Source: Owenia fusiformis (taxonomy: Eukaryota). Taken from it: DNA of 64,000 nt. The notes under the pieces are model-generated. The model saw nothing but the letters and a program-made list of their open reading frames with translations, did no database searches and was not told where the DNA came from. The stretch spans positions 25,048,001-25,112,000 of the forward strand of contig CAIIXF020000001.1 in the NCBI GenBank assembly GCA_903813345.2, read 5' to 3'. Positions 50,501 to 64,000 of this stretch are shown one piece after another; position 1 is the stretch's first letter, and every line of letters begins with the position of its first letter. The position numbers and the translations under genes were made by a program.

Positions 50501-53500
50501 ACTCACTGAAATATTTTACCTATATCTTAAACGTTACAAATATTATAATAGAACATGGGCCATGGAAAGAAAGAATCAAAACTGATTTTATCCCTAGGAG
50601 GAAACTTCCATTCTGTCCCTAAACGCAGAGACAACTATATACCGGAGCCCGGGAACTGGAGACGATGCAACAGCAGTCCAAATATGTAAACTCCAACTTA
50701 GGTAAAACTGACACAACATAGGATTGTTTCAACCATGGAAAAAGAGGTCCATATTTCAACCAAACATTTAGTAAGCCGATGGCGCTGAAAGATAACTATA
50801 TGCCCATTACGTTCATATTATGTAAGATGTGTGTTTTGCCAGAGGCCAGACATTTGTAGCATAATTGATAACATCGTTAATTAAGAGAGGATAATTTATA
50901 ATTATTCTTTTGTTTGATGTAAGGTGGCTAGAATACTCCAAGGCATATAGAAAAGAGGGTTAACATGTAATTTGTTTTACTTTTAATCATCGGAAATAAT
51001 TACAATATTATTATTTAGAGCCCCAGTCATTGCGTGTCCTGCCTTCACATAGTTCTAGGCATACCTGCTAATTGCTTTCAAAAAGAAATAACTTCATAAC
51101 AACAATTTATAATATATGTCAAATTTTGTAACATTCCAAGTTAGTAAAAATCGGACGTGAATAAATGCATATTTGTGTCTAAAAAAATCTAGAGCTTTTT
51201 GCGTTTGCGTTTGAGTACTAGGAAAGGGTGGTCAACATACTTTACCGAAAAAGAATCTTGAATTGCAAGATGCGAAACAACTTAAATGAATGGGGGGTAT
51301 CTTTGTGATGTGAGTAAGACTGACATGATGCCTGATCAGATTTAATAACCATTCCATCTACTGATGAAAGCTTCTATTACGATGCTTTTTGGAGTTTCAT
51401 GGATCACAAATGGGGCCTATCATTCTACAAGCATGACGAATGCATGGTTCAACTTGGGGAGTCCGACAAAAACATGTTTAATTGACCCCATATCATCTTG
51501 AGACCCAGATCTATTAGTGTTTTGATAGGTAGAGAATACATGCTTAGAGCATTGTCAAACTTTAGATGACATTGCGTAACAGCTGTCAGTGGGCGATATA
51601 TCGACCATAGAAAGCAACATTTCAGGTATTTAGGGGTAGTTTAGACCCTGGTAGTACCCGTTTACCTGACAAAGCGGAAGGATCAAAGACGATTTTTGAA
51701 ATTTAATTACTACCTGAACCATTATTGATTAGAATATAGCTTTTATATATCAGAGTTTTATTTCCTAATAGGTAAAATAAGAACAGAAACTTGGGAATTG
51801 GGCCTGAGATATGAGTGGGATCAATAAGTACAACAAACATCATAGGATGAACATAGGATGGAGAAATTCTGAATGTTCATGGTTGTCAATTATATTCTTG
51901 TTCTCACTTTATTTTTTACTATGCCTGTATGCTTTGTGACGGTGTAAAAGGGTAGGAGGTCCTATCAAATTATGGTCCTACTCTCCATTGATTTATATGG
52001 TGACCTAAATACAACTCTTTCCCTCATTATCTTATAATACGCAACCAGGGCCAGTAAGGGCCGTTAAGAAAGGGGACCAAAATCCCTGAGGGACCATCAT
52101 TTCTTTCTTTACCCTGTATGCAATGTAATTGTTATAATTATGACGAGGAAAGTAACTTGAGTTGAGTTCCTCGCTTCAAAACTAGTGGTATCCAACCACT
52201 ATTCGTCAAACCAGAGTGAAATCTGTGAAAAATATACCCTTTACATTTTTTCGACTTCACTTCTTAAAAGAGAGCTTCGTCTTATAACTAGACTTTACGT
52301 GCAGGGTAAGTTTGAAAGCCCATCGGCTAGTCCGAGACACTAGTACTGGGCCGAACTCTGATGTGAATCTTGTTGTGATGAGTCAAGGGGTCTGGAGAAC
52401 AGATGGCTCGAGAGAGGAAACAGTAGTACAAGTCGAACTAATATTCTAGATAGTATCAAAATCCATGAAATTGCATTGTTTATAGCACCTCTGTATACCA
52501 AGTTAGTTAAAGACTAAGATCCAGAAAATGAACATCATCAAACTCTGAAGTCAACGCTATGAGGTCTTCTTGTCATAATGCTGATATTTGTCATTTTTAT
52601 CATTATTAACTCTCGAACTAATTTCCTAAATTTTTTCCAAAATTCATCAATTATATTAATGCTAATCAAAAATCTCTACATTTTCAGTAAAATTCGTAAA
52701 CATAGGGCAAATTTTCTTAATTGTCCGCAAAAAATAGCAATTTCATGACCCTTCCTTCTTCTAAATGACTAATGCTTAAATTCATGTAAGTTGGCTTAAC
52801 TTATCTACATCCAAAGCATCTCTGTATATGATACAAAGAAAAACAGACCACATAAAACACAAGCAGCAGAAACGGAAAGTGACATAAAAATAGTAATCAC
52901 CCCAGATGATCTGTTTCTTGGAAGATGAAAGAAAGCTTTCAATTACCACGTGATTATGATCATTAACCGTGGCATCAATTTCCATTCGCATTTCCCGCCG
53001 AATTGACTTTATTTCCAAGCGGATCTGAAACTCGTAAACAAGAGTCGATTTGCTGATTTTGACAGTCCTGTAAAAGAGTTCAGTATTTAATGTATTTCTG
53101 ATTGAACTGAAACAAAGGATTCAAATGCCATTCAAGAGACAAAATTGTGGAAAAACAAAGAAAGAACAAACGTTTGACCATGTGGACAAACCTACGTGAT
53201 GAAGAAAACGATTATTTTTTCTAAAAAATAAACATTTTTCTAAATAATTCTAAACGGTAGGATGACTTAACGGAATAGCTTATTGTTAGCTTATGTCCAT
53301 GGTTAACTTTAGCGATAGTCGTCCAAATTATAACAACATAATACAATAACAGGTCAGATCGATCGTGTACCAATCGCATCTCATTTTTTAGCCATATCTA
53401 ATTGAGAATTAAGAAACGCCATGGAATACCATGTACGTATCACATTGTTTACTTCAGATCTTCAAATCAAACAATACTTCCTCCCATCATATCATTATGA

Positions 53501-56500
53501 AGCCATTATTATCCAATTATAGAATCTACTGTCAAATACAGTCAACACAACGATCCTTTGTCAGAGCTTGTAAACTCACTTTATTTCATTGAAGAACAAA
53601 GCCCCAAAATGTTAATCTGCAGAAAATGATTGTTTTATGCTCGTGTACTGCATTAAGATGGTGATTTTGGGGGAACATTGGGGCATTAAAAGGCATGAAA
53701 GCCGAATTTGGGACTAGCGTATAGGCAGATTGTCCCCCAGAAGGCAGAGGCGTCCATTAGCACTCTAATAATGTCTTTTATTACGGTATTAACATAAACG
53801 TTGGATTGTGGGCTTTGATTACAGAACTTGGCGGTGGATATGAAAGTCGGGGTCCACCAAATAATGATGAGGGCGATAATAGAGGACGATGTGTCATACG
53901 AGGGATAGATTAATACAATAATATCTCTATCAGGGACCCTACATGGGGTGAGACATTACTCCCACCTTAGGGGGGCTCCGACCCATCTGGTGGAAGCATG
54001 GCAAACAGTGATGATATTGAGTTGACCAAATTGAAAGAAACACAAAAAGAGCCATTTCCTCAGCCATAAACAAAAACATAATATTGATCAATTTTAGATA
54101 CTTTCAGATCATTGCATGTGTGCTCATCTTCTTATCATATATGAACTAAATGGTAAAGTTAAGCTTCAGTTTTGATTGTGAATTTGAAAGTATACACGAA
54201 GGCTTTGTGAGTCAAACTCGGAATGAGGAAGGACCACTTCGAATGGAATAAGAGATTAGTCAATGGATAGGTCCATTGTACACATCACAACTATAAAACA
54301 GTCGTTTAAAATATTTCTGGTTTTATTTTTGTTTCGTTCAAAGGATTTGTGTATTTGTGGTGATTATTATGACCCCATCAAGGTTAAATAAAATCGGCCA
54401 GATTTCCCAAGAAATTATTACCATTTACTACTATCTGTTTTCCTGATCATAAAAAATGAACCAAATGACTGGTATTTTACTATAATCGTAGTACAACAAA
54501 TATAAACATTGGTTAAAAGTGAAAGCATTTTGTTTGATTTGCATGATGGAACTTTGATCGGATATTTATGTACATTTTAAAACGCCGAGTTAGGGCACCC
54601 TAAACCAGAATGCACGTAGTGCGAGTCTGAATCATAGTCTGAAAAATAGGGCGTATATAATTCAGATTGACCCAAATGTCTTATTTGGTGCCCATGTCTT
54701 TTAATTTAGGCTATAACGTTTAATCCTGGTTATGCAATCATCGAGAATTTAAAAACCAAAGACAATGAAGAGCATCACATTGTTAATTATCCCGATGAAT
54801 GTCCCACTTGGAATATTGAAGTACCATTAGCTCCGACAGCTTATCTGCTTAAATGGGAACATTATGGACCAAAACTCATTTTTAACGAATATGTTTTTTA
54901 TTGAGTCAGAATTCATTTGTCAAGATGGGAAATGATTTGGGTAAATTCCCATTGGATCTACAGACACATTTAAAACAACTTATATAAAATCATGACGCTA
55001 AATGAAATAGCAAGTGCCAAATAACCCACCATCCATCAAAAATGATATCCAATTTGAGACGTTTTCTTAAATTAATGATATTAGATTCGATTGCACGGTT
55101 TAAAGATTAATACAAACCAAATTGATAGGTTCAGGTTTAAAAACTCTCCAAATACAGCGATTATTCAGGTTAGTGAGATAAATCCTTTTCAAGATAAACT
55201 GAAATTAGTTTTAAGTTATCGAAATCAGAACAATTCTCAAAGCTTGTTCCTGGAACTAAAGATCAGGGACACGATTATCTAAATATTTAGTGAAAATCCC
55301 CGAGGATTGAGAATTTCAGGATTCTTAGAAGATTGAAGAAGATTGGGGTTCTTTGAAGAGATCAGGGATTGTTGGATAAACCAGAGCAATCAGAAATGAT
55401 CAATATTCTCTGTTTGGCAAGACCTCCTTTATAAAAAAATCCGGAGATAAATCTGAGCTTTGCGACGTCTTTGACGCTCTGCCCTCCTATTTATTAAAGT
55501 TGTAATAACATCTAAGTGAAGCAATCCCTCATGTATAAAATATCATGTTAGTTGGAAAGATAGATATATCTTTTTACATTTCTTCTACCAATTGACTAAG
55601 CTTATCATGACAGATCAAAATTGTTTCTTCTTTCTTCTTGATTACGATGGCCGGTATAAATGAGCCGATAAGGATCTCAATTTGCGCTTAGCGAGATATT
55701 GTACGTGAACTATTGGCTGAGACTGTCTAAAATATATAGGGTTGATGGCGACATCATTTGTTCAATAATAGCTTCGCTTGGTGAACACATAAATCCTTTT
55801 GCCCATATCAAAATTGCCCATATAAAATAAGTAACTAAGGAATGTAAAAGTTCGTTGACATTAATAGGATAACGCAAAATATACTCCATAAAGTTCAAAA
55901 CGATGTTTGAGTTTGCATCATATGTTTTTCAAGGACAAGTTCATCATAGTAGATTTAGACAGGTCAAAATCTACGTAAGATTGTACTCTTTGCATTCGTT
56001 CGACTTCGCTTCTCAAAAGAGAGCTTCGTCTTCATAGCTTATAACTAGACTCCGCGCATAGGGTAGTGGGGTTGCTGCCTTTTAACAAATATTAAACGAC
56101 GATCTCAGAAATCTCATCTAACACCTCTTTTAATCATGTTACTAGCCCTTTTAGAGTAGAAATTAAAGCTTATCTACTATTCTCAAAATTTTCAGTGAAC
56201 ATTTTTCATGGATAACATTCACCCATAAATGTAATCATAAACCGTGTGGTGTCCATGTATAGTCTAGCTACAAGCCCTTGTAACCCCCCCCCCCCCCCCC
56301 CAACTTCACAGATCCCCAAAGGTTGTGTTGGTGAAGTAGATAAGGGGGAGGTCCGCAGTCTTGAAGCAAGACTATGATGTCCAATGAGATAAAATCCTCG
56401 TGCATTTTGAAAAAAATGAGATTGGAAATATCTAATTTTCTTTAAACCTAGTGATGACCGTAAGGTCATTATGGCTTGGGATATTGGAGATTATTTTTCT

Positions 56501-57042
56501 TCATGTTGTGCTCTTTAATCTTTTCGCATACTTTGTTTGGTATTTTGTCTTTATCATTTTTAGGTATTTTTGTGCATTATTTATTTTTGTTGTCGCGAAC
56601 AACTTTCCATTTAACTATATCAACGTGATACTCAAAAATAAAATGAACGTACAATGTCGTGTTTATTGTATTCTGTTCATAATTATATATTGTATTTATC
56701 TCTCAAATCAACACATATTTACATCAATTGCACATATTATGCTAACAGTCAACTTTATACATCTACTAATATTTGTTACAATCATTTATCTCTATATACA
56801 TTTGTAAGAACCAAAAGAAGTTCACGTCTATATAATATTGTAAGGCAAAATATCCACATAAATTAAATGTCTGTTTTGTAGTCTTGCTTCAAGACCCTGT
56901 AGTCTATCTACATTCTTTATCGGGTATGTTGATATATTATACTATTGTATATCTATGGTTTGATAATAATCTGTTTTTATTTATATCGGAGGGCGTCCAT
57001 CGTGAATACAAATTCACTGTCTAAAATTACTATAACATCATT

Positions 57043-57171
57043 AACAAGGTATTAACATGCAGAATGTCACCACCTTCCATTTGATACAGACGCCGAACGC
57101 GGAACACTAACATCCACCATTAAAAGTTGGAGACTCTGTAACAATATGTCACCACTAGTGGTGGTGACATA
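57043..57171. mobile_element. Minimal HINE-like element downstream of the Evx stop codon
   Basis: AACAA..AATGTCACCACC start and terminal hairpin ATGTCACCACTAGTGGTGGTGACAT followed by AAAA; same layout as 16708-18218. Confidence 0.55.
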
Positions 57172-57763
57172 AAAGCTATTTTTTGTTTGTTTATCATTGT
57201 TGTCGCATATTCATTGTCATTTTGGCATGTACAATATCATTTACATAATAAGTGTTTGATTTTTGTCACTATACTTGGTAGAAAGATGGATTTTACCTTT
57301 AAGACCAAACAACAGAATTAGAGTATCAAAACTGCAGATCCTCAGAAATAATGCTTCGTGACAAATTTCACTGTGAACATATTTAAGTTAGACTGGGCTG
57401 GGTCTGCAGATTTAATATTACTACAACTTTAAATCTAAATGGAATGTATTTCTTCCACCATGTTTTTGATGTCTCTTAAAAGAATTTCATCTTGTTGGTA
57501 GATAGGGGGACGTTGCGCTCTAATTATATTTTGCATCTGATTTGAGTTCCAAGAGCGTATAATCATCCATTGTCTATAATGGTCATTAACAATGACCGAG
57601 TGTTCTCTCTCACTACCTGATGCTTATTACAGCTAGTGTCATACCTTGGTATTGAGCTGTCATGGCTACACAGAATACCAGCCCCTGTGCATGATAGTAA
57701 CGTCACGTCTTTGTAATGTCACATTTTAAATAAGACTAGTTGTAAGTATAGGATACAAGGCTA

Positions 57764-60700
57764 TCACGCTCTCTCTATATCAGTTTTATATGGCTGGAAT
57801 AAACTTGGAACTGTTGGTGCACTATGTGATATTGGGATTGGTGCTGGGAGTGACGTTGAGATCAAAGGAAGTGACGTTGATGGAAGAGTGGTCGAAATTG
57901 ACGCGGCCGCTATGCTTCCATAGTATAGATGACACGTACAGGGCTCACCAGGACCAGATGAGCACGACCCACCCGTCTGGCCAAGGAGCGTATGGTGCCC
58001 CAGAGCACTAGGTGGGGTAGGGTGGTCACGTGTCGTGCTAAGTGGTGACGTAGATAGAGTATTTAATGACGTGGGAGGAGTAGTTGGAGCTGCAACATCT
58101 GGCACGGATGGCCTCAATATCGGGTTTGCTAAAATGTCTGCTCGGGGCCGAAGTGGGTTAGGGATGGGGTATGGACTGTACGAATGTGCTGCTCTCTGGT
58201 TGAGGCTTTGTAGTCCTAAACTTGCGTAGTAGTTCAATGGCGATGCAGCAGAGTTTGGTAGGGTGTAGGGATAACCAGCTGCAGCCGCAGCGTTCATTAG
58301 ATAGGCGTATAGGTTTGGGTCTGGAATGCCGTATGGCCAGGCCATAGCCATCCTTTGGCGTTTGTCCTTCATTCGACGGTTTTGAAACCAAACCTGAAAA
58401 GATAAAATAATATACATTAGGACAAGGTACAGTGATCATACTGTCTATTAATTGTATATCTATAATATTTAATAAGTTATTTATTTCAAAGATGAGATTA
58501 TAATTTTTAATAGTTTTTGACTCGTTTAATACCTATGACTGACATTCCCGTACCTTGATAGTTGATTCAGGTAAGTTGAGTGATGCGGCTAATTCACATC
58601 TTCTTGGGCGAGAAACATAGTTTTCCCTGTAGAATTCCTTTTCCAGTCGCGCAATCTGTTCTCTGGTGAATGCTGTTCTATACCTACGGATGTTAGGGTC
58701 GTCAATGTTACCTGAATAAATCACGAAAATAATTTCATAAGTGAGAGTACACACATATTGAGTGAACCTGTTAATTTGTTAATTGTACCATGTAGGCAGC
58801 GTTTGTTGTTCCATTGTATTGTATCATCAAATTATACCTAACTACTAAACGCTGGTATATGATCACATCCATCAACTGATTATGTTATCATTGTGACATA
58901 ATGTATAAGTGTTACTCAACAAATACAAGCAGGTTTTGCGTGACGCGATAACAATTATGTCATAAATATTTAATTAACCAAATATTTTCTATCTTGAGCC
59001 TATCAATCAGTTATATGATTACATTTGTTTTAAATGTATGTGTTCATTAATAATCGTTCCATTAATACTATTATTAATATAGGAGCAGCAAAAACTATAG
59101 GAACGAGCTGCGAGCCCGGGGCTACGAGTGAGTGCAATAGGCTATTTTTCATTGTCATCATTCCATCATCATGATAAACCATGACATCTCAATTCATCAT
59201 TAGCCCTGAGATGTTTCAGGTGAAACAGAAAGATGTTATGAGTATCAGAATGTCATTCCATGACTTGCCTAAAATGTCGGACAGTTCTGATCTTCGTAGT
59301 AATTGTCATAGTTTTGGGTTGTATTTCTTTCTCCTTCGTAATATCTATTTCGTCATTTATATTTTAATTTCACCAGTTACATATACTAGTTCCCTATAGT
59401 CATTCTCCTTTCCTAAATTGTCTGGTGTATCAGAATGTTTTTCTGCTGTCATTTATCATACTTTGTGGTTATACTATATTATGCCAATCATTGTCCCATT
59501 AGCTTTTAATAATACAGGCGTTTGTTTTAGATCACCCAATGAACGACAATGCAATTTACCATAAAGCAATAATGAACGTTTTATAACAAATACCAATCAA
59601 ATTACCACTGATCAAATTATGATGTCAGAGCAAGAATATTAGGATTTTATCGTTCTTTATGATCTATTATTTATGTTCGGCAAATACACCAGTATAATTC
59701 AGCTAAATATGTTATGAATATAATGCAGCTTTTGAAATGATCTGAAAGAGCATTCGGGATATGATGGGCCCCCTATAATAGACTGATGGCTGGTCGCACG
59801 TGGACTTTTGACGTTTGTTGCCAAAGAATGGCCATTAACTTATGTTGAACATCATAATAACTGTCTTACTAGCGATATAAAACTAAAAAGGCTCATTTAA
59901 AAAGCATATAGACTAGTAAAACTTTGTTTATTTGGAAATTAATAATGATGGGGCTTGTTGAACAAGCTTTGAACACTGGAGAGATCAAAGGCATTTTTAG
60001 TTGGGAATTGAAATCTATCCCATTTGACTGGTGTGTCACGGAAAATGCCTACTAATGGGGGTGATCATCATCATAAACATTACAAACAACTAAAATTTAC
60101 ATTTCAAAGTCATCTTAAAGGGGTTATTCGGTGCATTCCCATAAATTGTATCCCAATCGTTTTCTTGGCGTTGACATTGGACTGCTTGTAGTAAGTGACG
60201 CGGTAGTTTTTTCTAAATGGAAGGGATGGGGACGTGTGTCCAAGGATTGAGGAAATTAAAACATATAACCACTGATCGTAATCAGTTATGATTCAGCCAA
60301 TTTGACAAAAGTCCACTATTTCCACAAGTGACGTATTCTGTTGATCAAATGGAGTTGTTTTCACTATCTCTGTTTTATTACCAAAACATGTTAATTAAAG
60401 TAATCCTGAATGGTATGGTTGCTTGTTGATGCATCATTGTAACAGGAACCTCCAATGTTGCACATCAAATTAGCAGATCACTAACAATTTAATGGTCGAT
60501 CTACAATTTGTTATTACACAAAAGCCATGTGTGTCCATCATTATGACGTTACTCCTGTTTACACGTTCTTACCCCATTTCTTTTCCACCCCTCATCATCA
60601 GTAATTGGAAATCGAGCTTATCACGCCAGGAAGTAAACAATGTTGACGACTTGGGACGTAACACATCATTAGAAATCATCCCAATTTTGCCCACCCTGTT

Positions 60701-62968
60701 TTAATAGATATTTGATTTGTCAAGACGGTGTACCAAATTTCATATAAATCGTAACATATCCATATCAACCAATAAGAACACAGAAATCTAATTCAAAAAT
60801 CAAACTAAATTAAACTGAAATCTATGACGAGCGTAGCGAATTTTTGTAAGCAGGGATTATTGATTTTATACGATCAACCATTGTTACTCCTAAAATAACA
60901 CCCTTTATTTGATAATCTATCAATTCTTTGGAAGACAAACCAGAAGATTGAATGAAAGGTATGAATGAATAGGTTCTGGATGTGAGTCAGTAAAATATAT
61001 ATTTGCAAAATTCTGTTACTATTATTCAAAATGAGTACATCTGTCTTAATGATAGTGAATGATAACTCTTTATGCAGTTTTGATGTATCCCGGGATACGA
61101 GGGTTGGGATTAATCAAAAACATATCTAAATTATCAAAATCCAATAATGACAATAATAGAGAAAATAATGGAGAGATACTTAGAGCAGATAATCGCAATT
61201 TTATAAATCGTTCATTGACTAGGGAATTTTTGATGCTTCGTTCTCATAATAATAGTTTGTTTTGTTACTTTGTGCTCATGTACGTGTTCATTTGTTCGCT
61301 TGGTTGAATAAGTCAGGGTTTCAATGATTGCATCGATTTGAGTGGCAATCGAGATTTCGTCCCTTATTAATGTAGATATTGTGCATCTGATGATTTTTGC
61401 TTTCGAACAATACAATAACATACTCAGCTTAGTCATATGATTAAATGCTACTACATGGGTCTATGTTTAAAATTTTCATTTTCAACCAGTAAGTATAGTC
61501 ACATCATGATAAATCATGGTCGTTTATTAGTTCCTTCTAGTTGAAAAACAGAAAGAAGCGATGAGTCAGAATGAATGAAGTGGTCATGTCTAGTACCCTA
61601 ATGATGACACTGATCTTGAAACTCTTAAAATAATTTAACATAAAGTTGTGTAAGATATGGGAATATTCAAAGGCCTTTCCAGGGACCTGTCATATTTTGA
61701 ATAATCGTCGCTGATTGAAACGTTGAAATGTACAATGCGTTCAAATGTTACTATTCATTCGTCAGTCAACAATAATTATTCGTGAATTAATTTCACAATG
61801 ATACACATAATGAATGTGCTTTGAAATATTTAATTTCAATTCTCAATTTTGCTACTGTATTTGGTTTAGTATTTGCGGTACTTGACGCCACTTGCAGTTC
61901 AAATGCAAATCGTATTTGTAAACACAAATAATTAATTGTAATTCACACTAATGAAACGCCATAATCTGTCTAATCGCTTGATTATTGTTAACAATATATG
62001 TCTAATGCGTTAATCTTCTCACATAAGAATCGCAATCTGAACTTCAAATGTTACATCAAAGTAGAGAAGTGTGTCCCTTATACAAGTAGTCGTTTATTTA
62101 AGGTAAATATTTAAGAAGAAAATATTCTGAGAGAAAAATAGGATTTCGAAAATCGTATACCTAAACCTTATACTTCGAATTATTTACTATCATAACTGAA
62201 AAGAACTTAAAACATTCCATTCGGAAATAAAATATCAGAATGTGAAACTAACAATTTTAATCTACATCTTAATTACTATTTTTTACTTTCAATTGTATTA
62301 TAAAAATTGGGATTAAGCAAGTGGCATCTGTGATCATACCGACTGTTCCAGAACCAAGATTAAATAGAATTAAATAAAACTTGAAAAACATAAAAATGGC
62401 AAACAGGTAGCTCTAATTAGACGTTGCCGATGGCAAAATGTTAACACTAATCATAACTTGAACAATCTCTTATAATATGTATATCATACATCTACACAAT
62501 AATCATGTTACGTCACTAATTAACAAACTTTTCCACTTGTTACAATCCTAAAAATGGCTCGAAGTTATTGTTTAAATTTAATTGAATGATCATAACAAAT
62601 ATTACTATGCCTTGCTACAACATGCAACTCAAATGTTCTTTTTTAACTATTCGTATCGTTGTGTTTTTAAATCTCATAACATTTATTATATAAAAATTAT
62701 ATTTACCCATAAGTTGATTGGTTTTTCCCTTCACATCATTGTCACTTAATGCATCATCGTCCGAGAAAGTTGGGGACACTTTTCCGTCATGAAATCTCTC
62801 AGCCATGTCGTTGTGGACATGTGGGTAGGGTCCCATAGGGCTGTGGGGCGTGGGTGCGGTCATTATGTCGATCTCTTGGTCGTGGTCTGTCTCTACCATC
62901 TTGCCGTTGGTCTTCTCCTGGAGTGTGTCGGTGTTGATGTGTTCGCGTTCAGTTTTAAATGACTGCAT
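57764..62968 (-). CDS. Evx: Even-skipped/Evx homeobox transcription factor, 349 aa, 3 exons
   Basis: Exons 62968-62707, 58711-58554, 58393-57764. Homeodomain [66 protein letters not shown], Ala-rich tract and C-terminal LFQPYK. Confidence 0.96.
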
Positions 62969-63114
62969 TCTTTCGCTCGGTGCGCTTTTTACGGCCACGG
63001 GTTAACCACAAGCAAGAGCGGATATCCAAAAGTCCACAAATTGATGTCACTCTCTCGTTGTAGTGAACTCAAATAATTACACAAAGTTTGTTGCAAAATT
63101 GCAGCTCTTTCAAA

Positions 63115-63120
63115 TTTATA
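63115..63120 (-). promoter_or_regulatory. Candidate TATA box for Evx
   Basis: TATAAA on the minus strand ~150 nt upstream of the ATG; the sequence context is AT-rich. Confidence 0.3.
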
Positions 63121-64000
63121 AAGTCCAATTTTGGTCCACTAGGTTGTTTGCTATATCGCAATAGAATGTGTCAGTATGAATGGCCCAGTAGCCTTATGTA
63201 TGCCAGTGCCATCATTACTCTGACGACGTTACAGTAAATATTCATGAGATGCTGATCATAAGCCCTGCCTCTCTATATCTGTCCAATAAGGGAGCACACT
63301 CTTTTCCATTGATTTGGGATTATCCCCGAAGGGAATGTTCTTAGATAGCAACCATGACAGTATGATTAATTGGAGGCGGTACTTATTACGGAACACTACA
63401 GATGATCGCAAACCATTGGTGGTCAAATGTCGCCCCCAGACTTTCACCAATCATCGTTACATCATGCTATAAAACCATTAGCTATATCATTACATTGCCA
63501 TCATGAATGAACAATTTACTTTGATCCTGGACAATGTTTTCACAATTTAGACAAGATGTTGAAAAGATTGCGCATAACAAAAAATATAAAATGATGTCCC
63601 ATTGACGCCTGGGGTTAGGATTACAGCATCCACAAATGTCTTCCCACACACTGTGACACAAAGAAAAACACATGTATGTATGTATACAATGCAAAACAAT
63701 GTCATCTGAATATTCCAAGTTTCGCATACAGTATAATTCATTTGCAATTTAGTAATCAATTGCGCTTGATGGATAGTCCAAAGTTGACAATAAACTTGGA
63801 AAAGAGCGATAAACTTGGTGCTAAGCGATCTTTAGAGTTTACAAACATCCAACTCTAATGCAATAATCGTTGATAAATTAGACTTTGATTTCCACCGACA
63901 GTAGTGAAAAATTGAACTACATGAATAGTTCACCTGATATTCAGCGCTTTTTTCTACAAATCCGAAAAACTAAGGAACCACTTATAGGCTTACTAAAATG

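Noticed and set aside
52108-52135. miR-10-like start TACCCTGTA
   Set aside because: The match stops after 9 nt and there is no precursor hairpin.
62969-62998. N-terminal extension of Evx from the GTG start in the ORF track
   Set aside because: Non-AUG start; the first in-frame ATG is at 62968.

Overview
AT-rich, intron-containing genomic DNA from an invertebrate animal (probably a lophotrochozoan; the taxon cannot be fixed from this window). Three intact genes reconstruct with consistent splice phases. RPS20 (minus, 4 exons, 119 aa) lies head-to-head with TM9SF4 (plus, 18 coding exons, 628 aa), with ATGs ~525 bp apart. An even-skipped/Evx homeobox gene (minus, 3 exons, 349 aa) lies at the right end. 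Bases 1-22.3 kb and the RPS20/TM9SF4 introns are packed with nested transposon relics: two 5'-truncated LINEs, a degenerate PIF/Harbinger element with TTA TSDs, Tc1/mariner, hAT, Kolobok-like and Transib-like MITEs, and Helentron-type (HINE) elements with a ~161-bp tandem array. The ~15 kb around Evx is nearly TE-free. The most interesting signal is a candidate RPS20 post-transcriptional control module. It comprises a 5'UTR stem-loop that appears to match the human RPS20 5'UTR (as I recall it) with compensatory changes, and a candidate 47-nt frameshifting (poison) exon in intron 1 next to a hairpin sharing the CUGGCUCA motif. All calls were made by eye; no searches were run.
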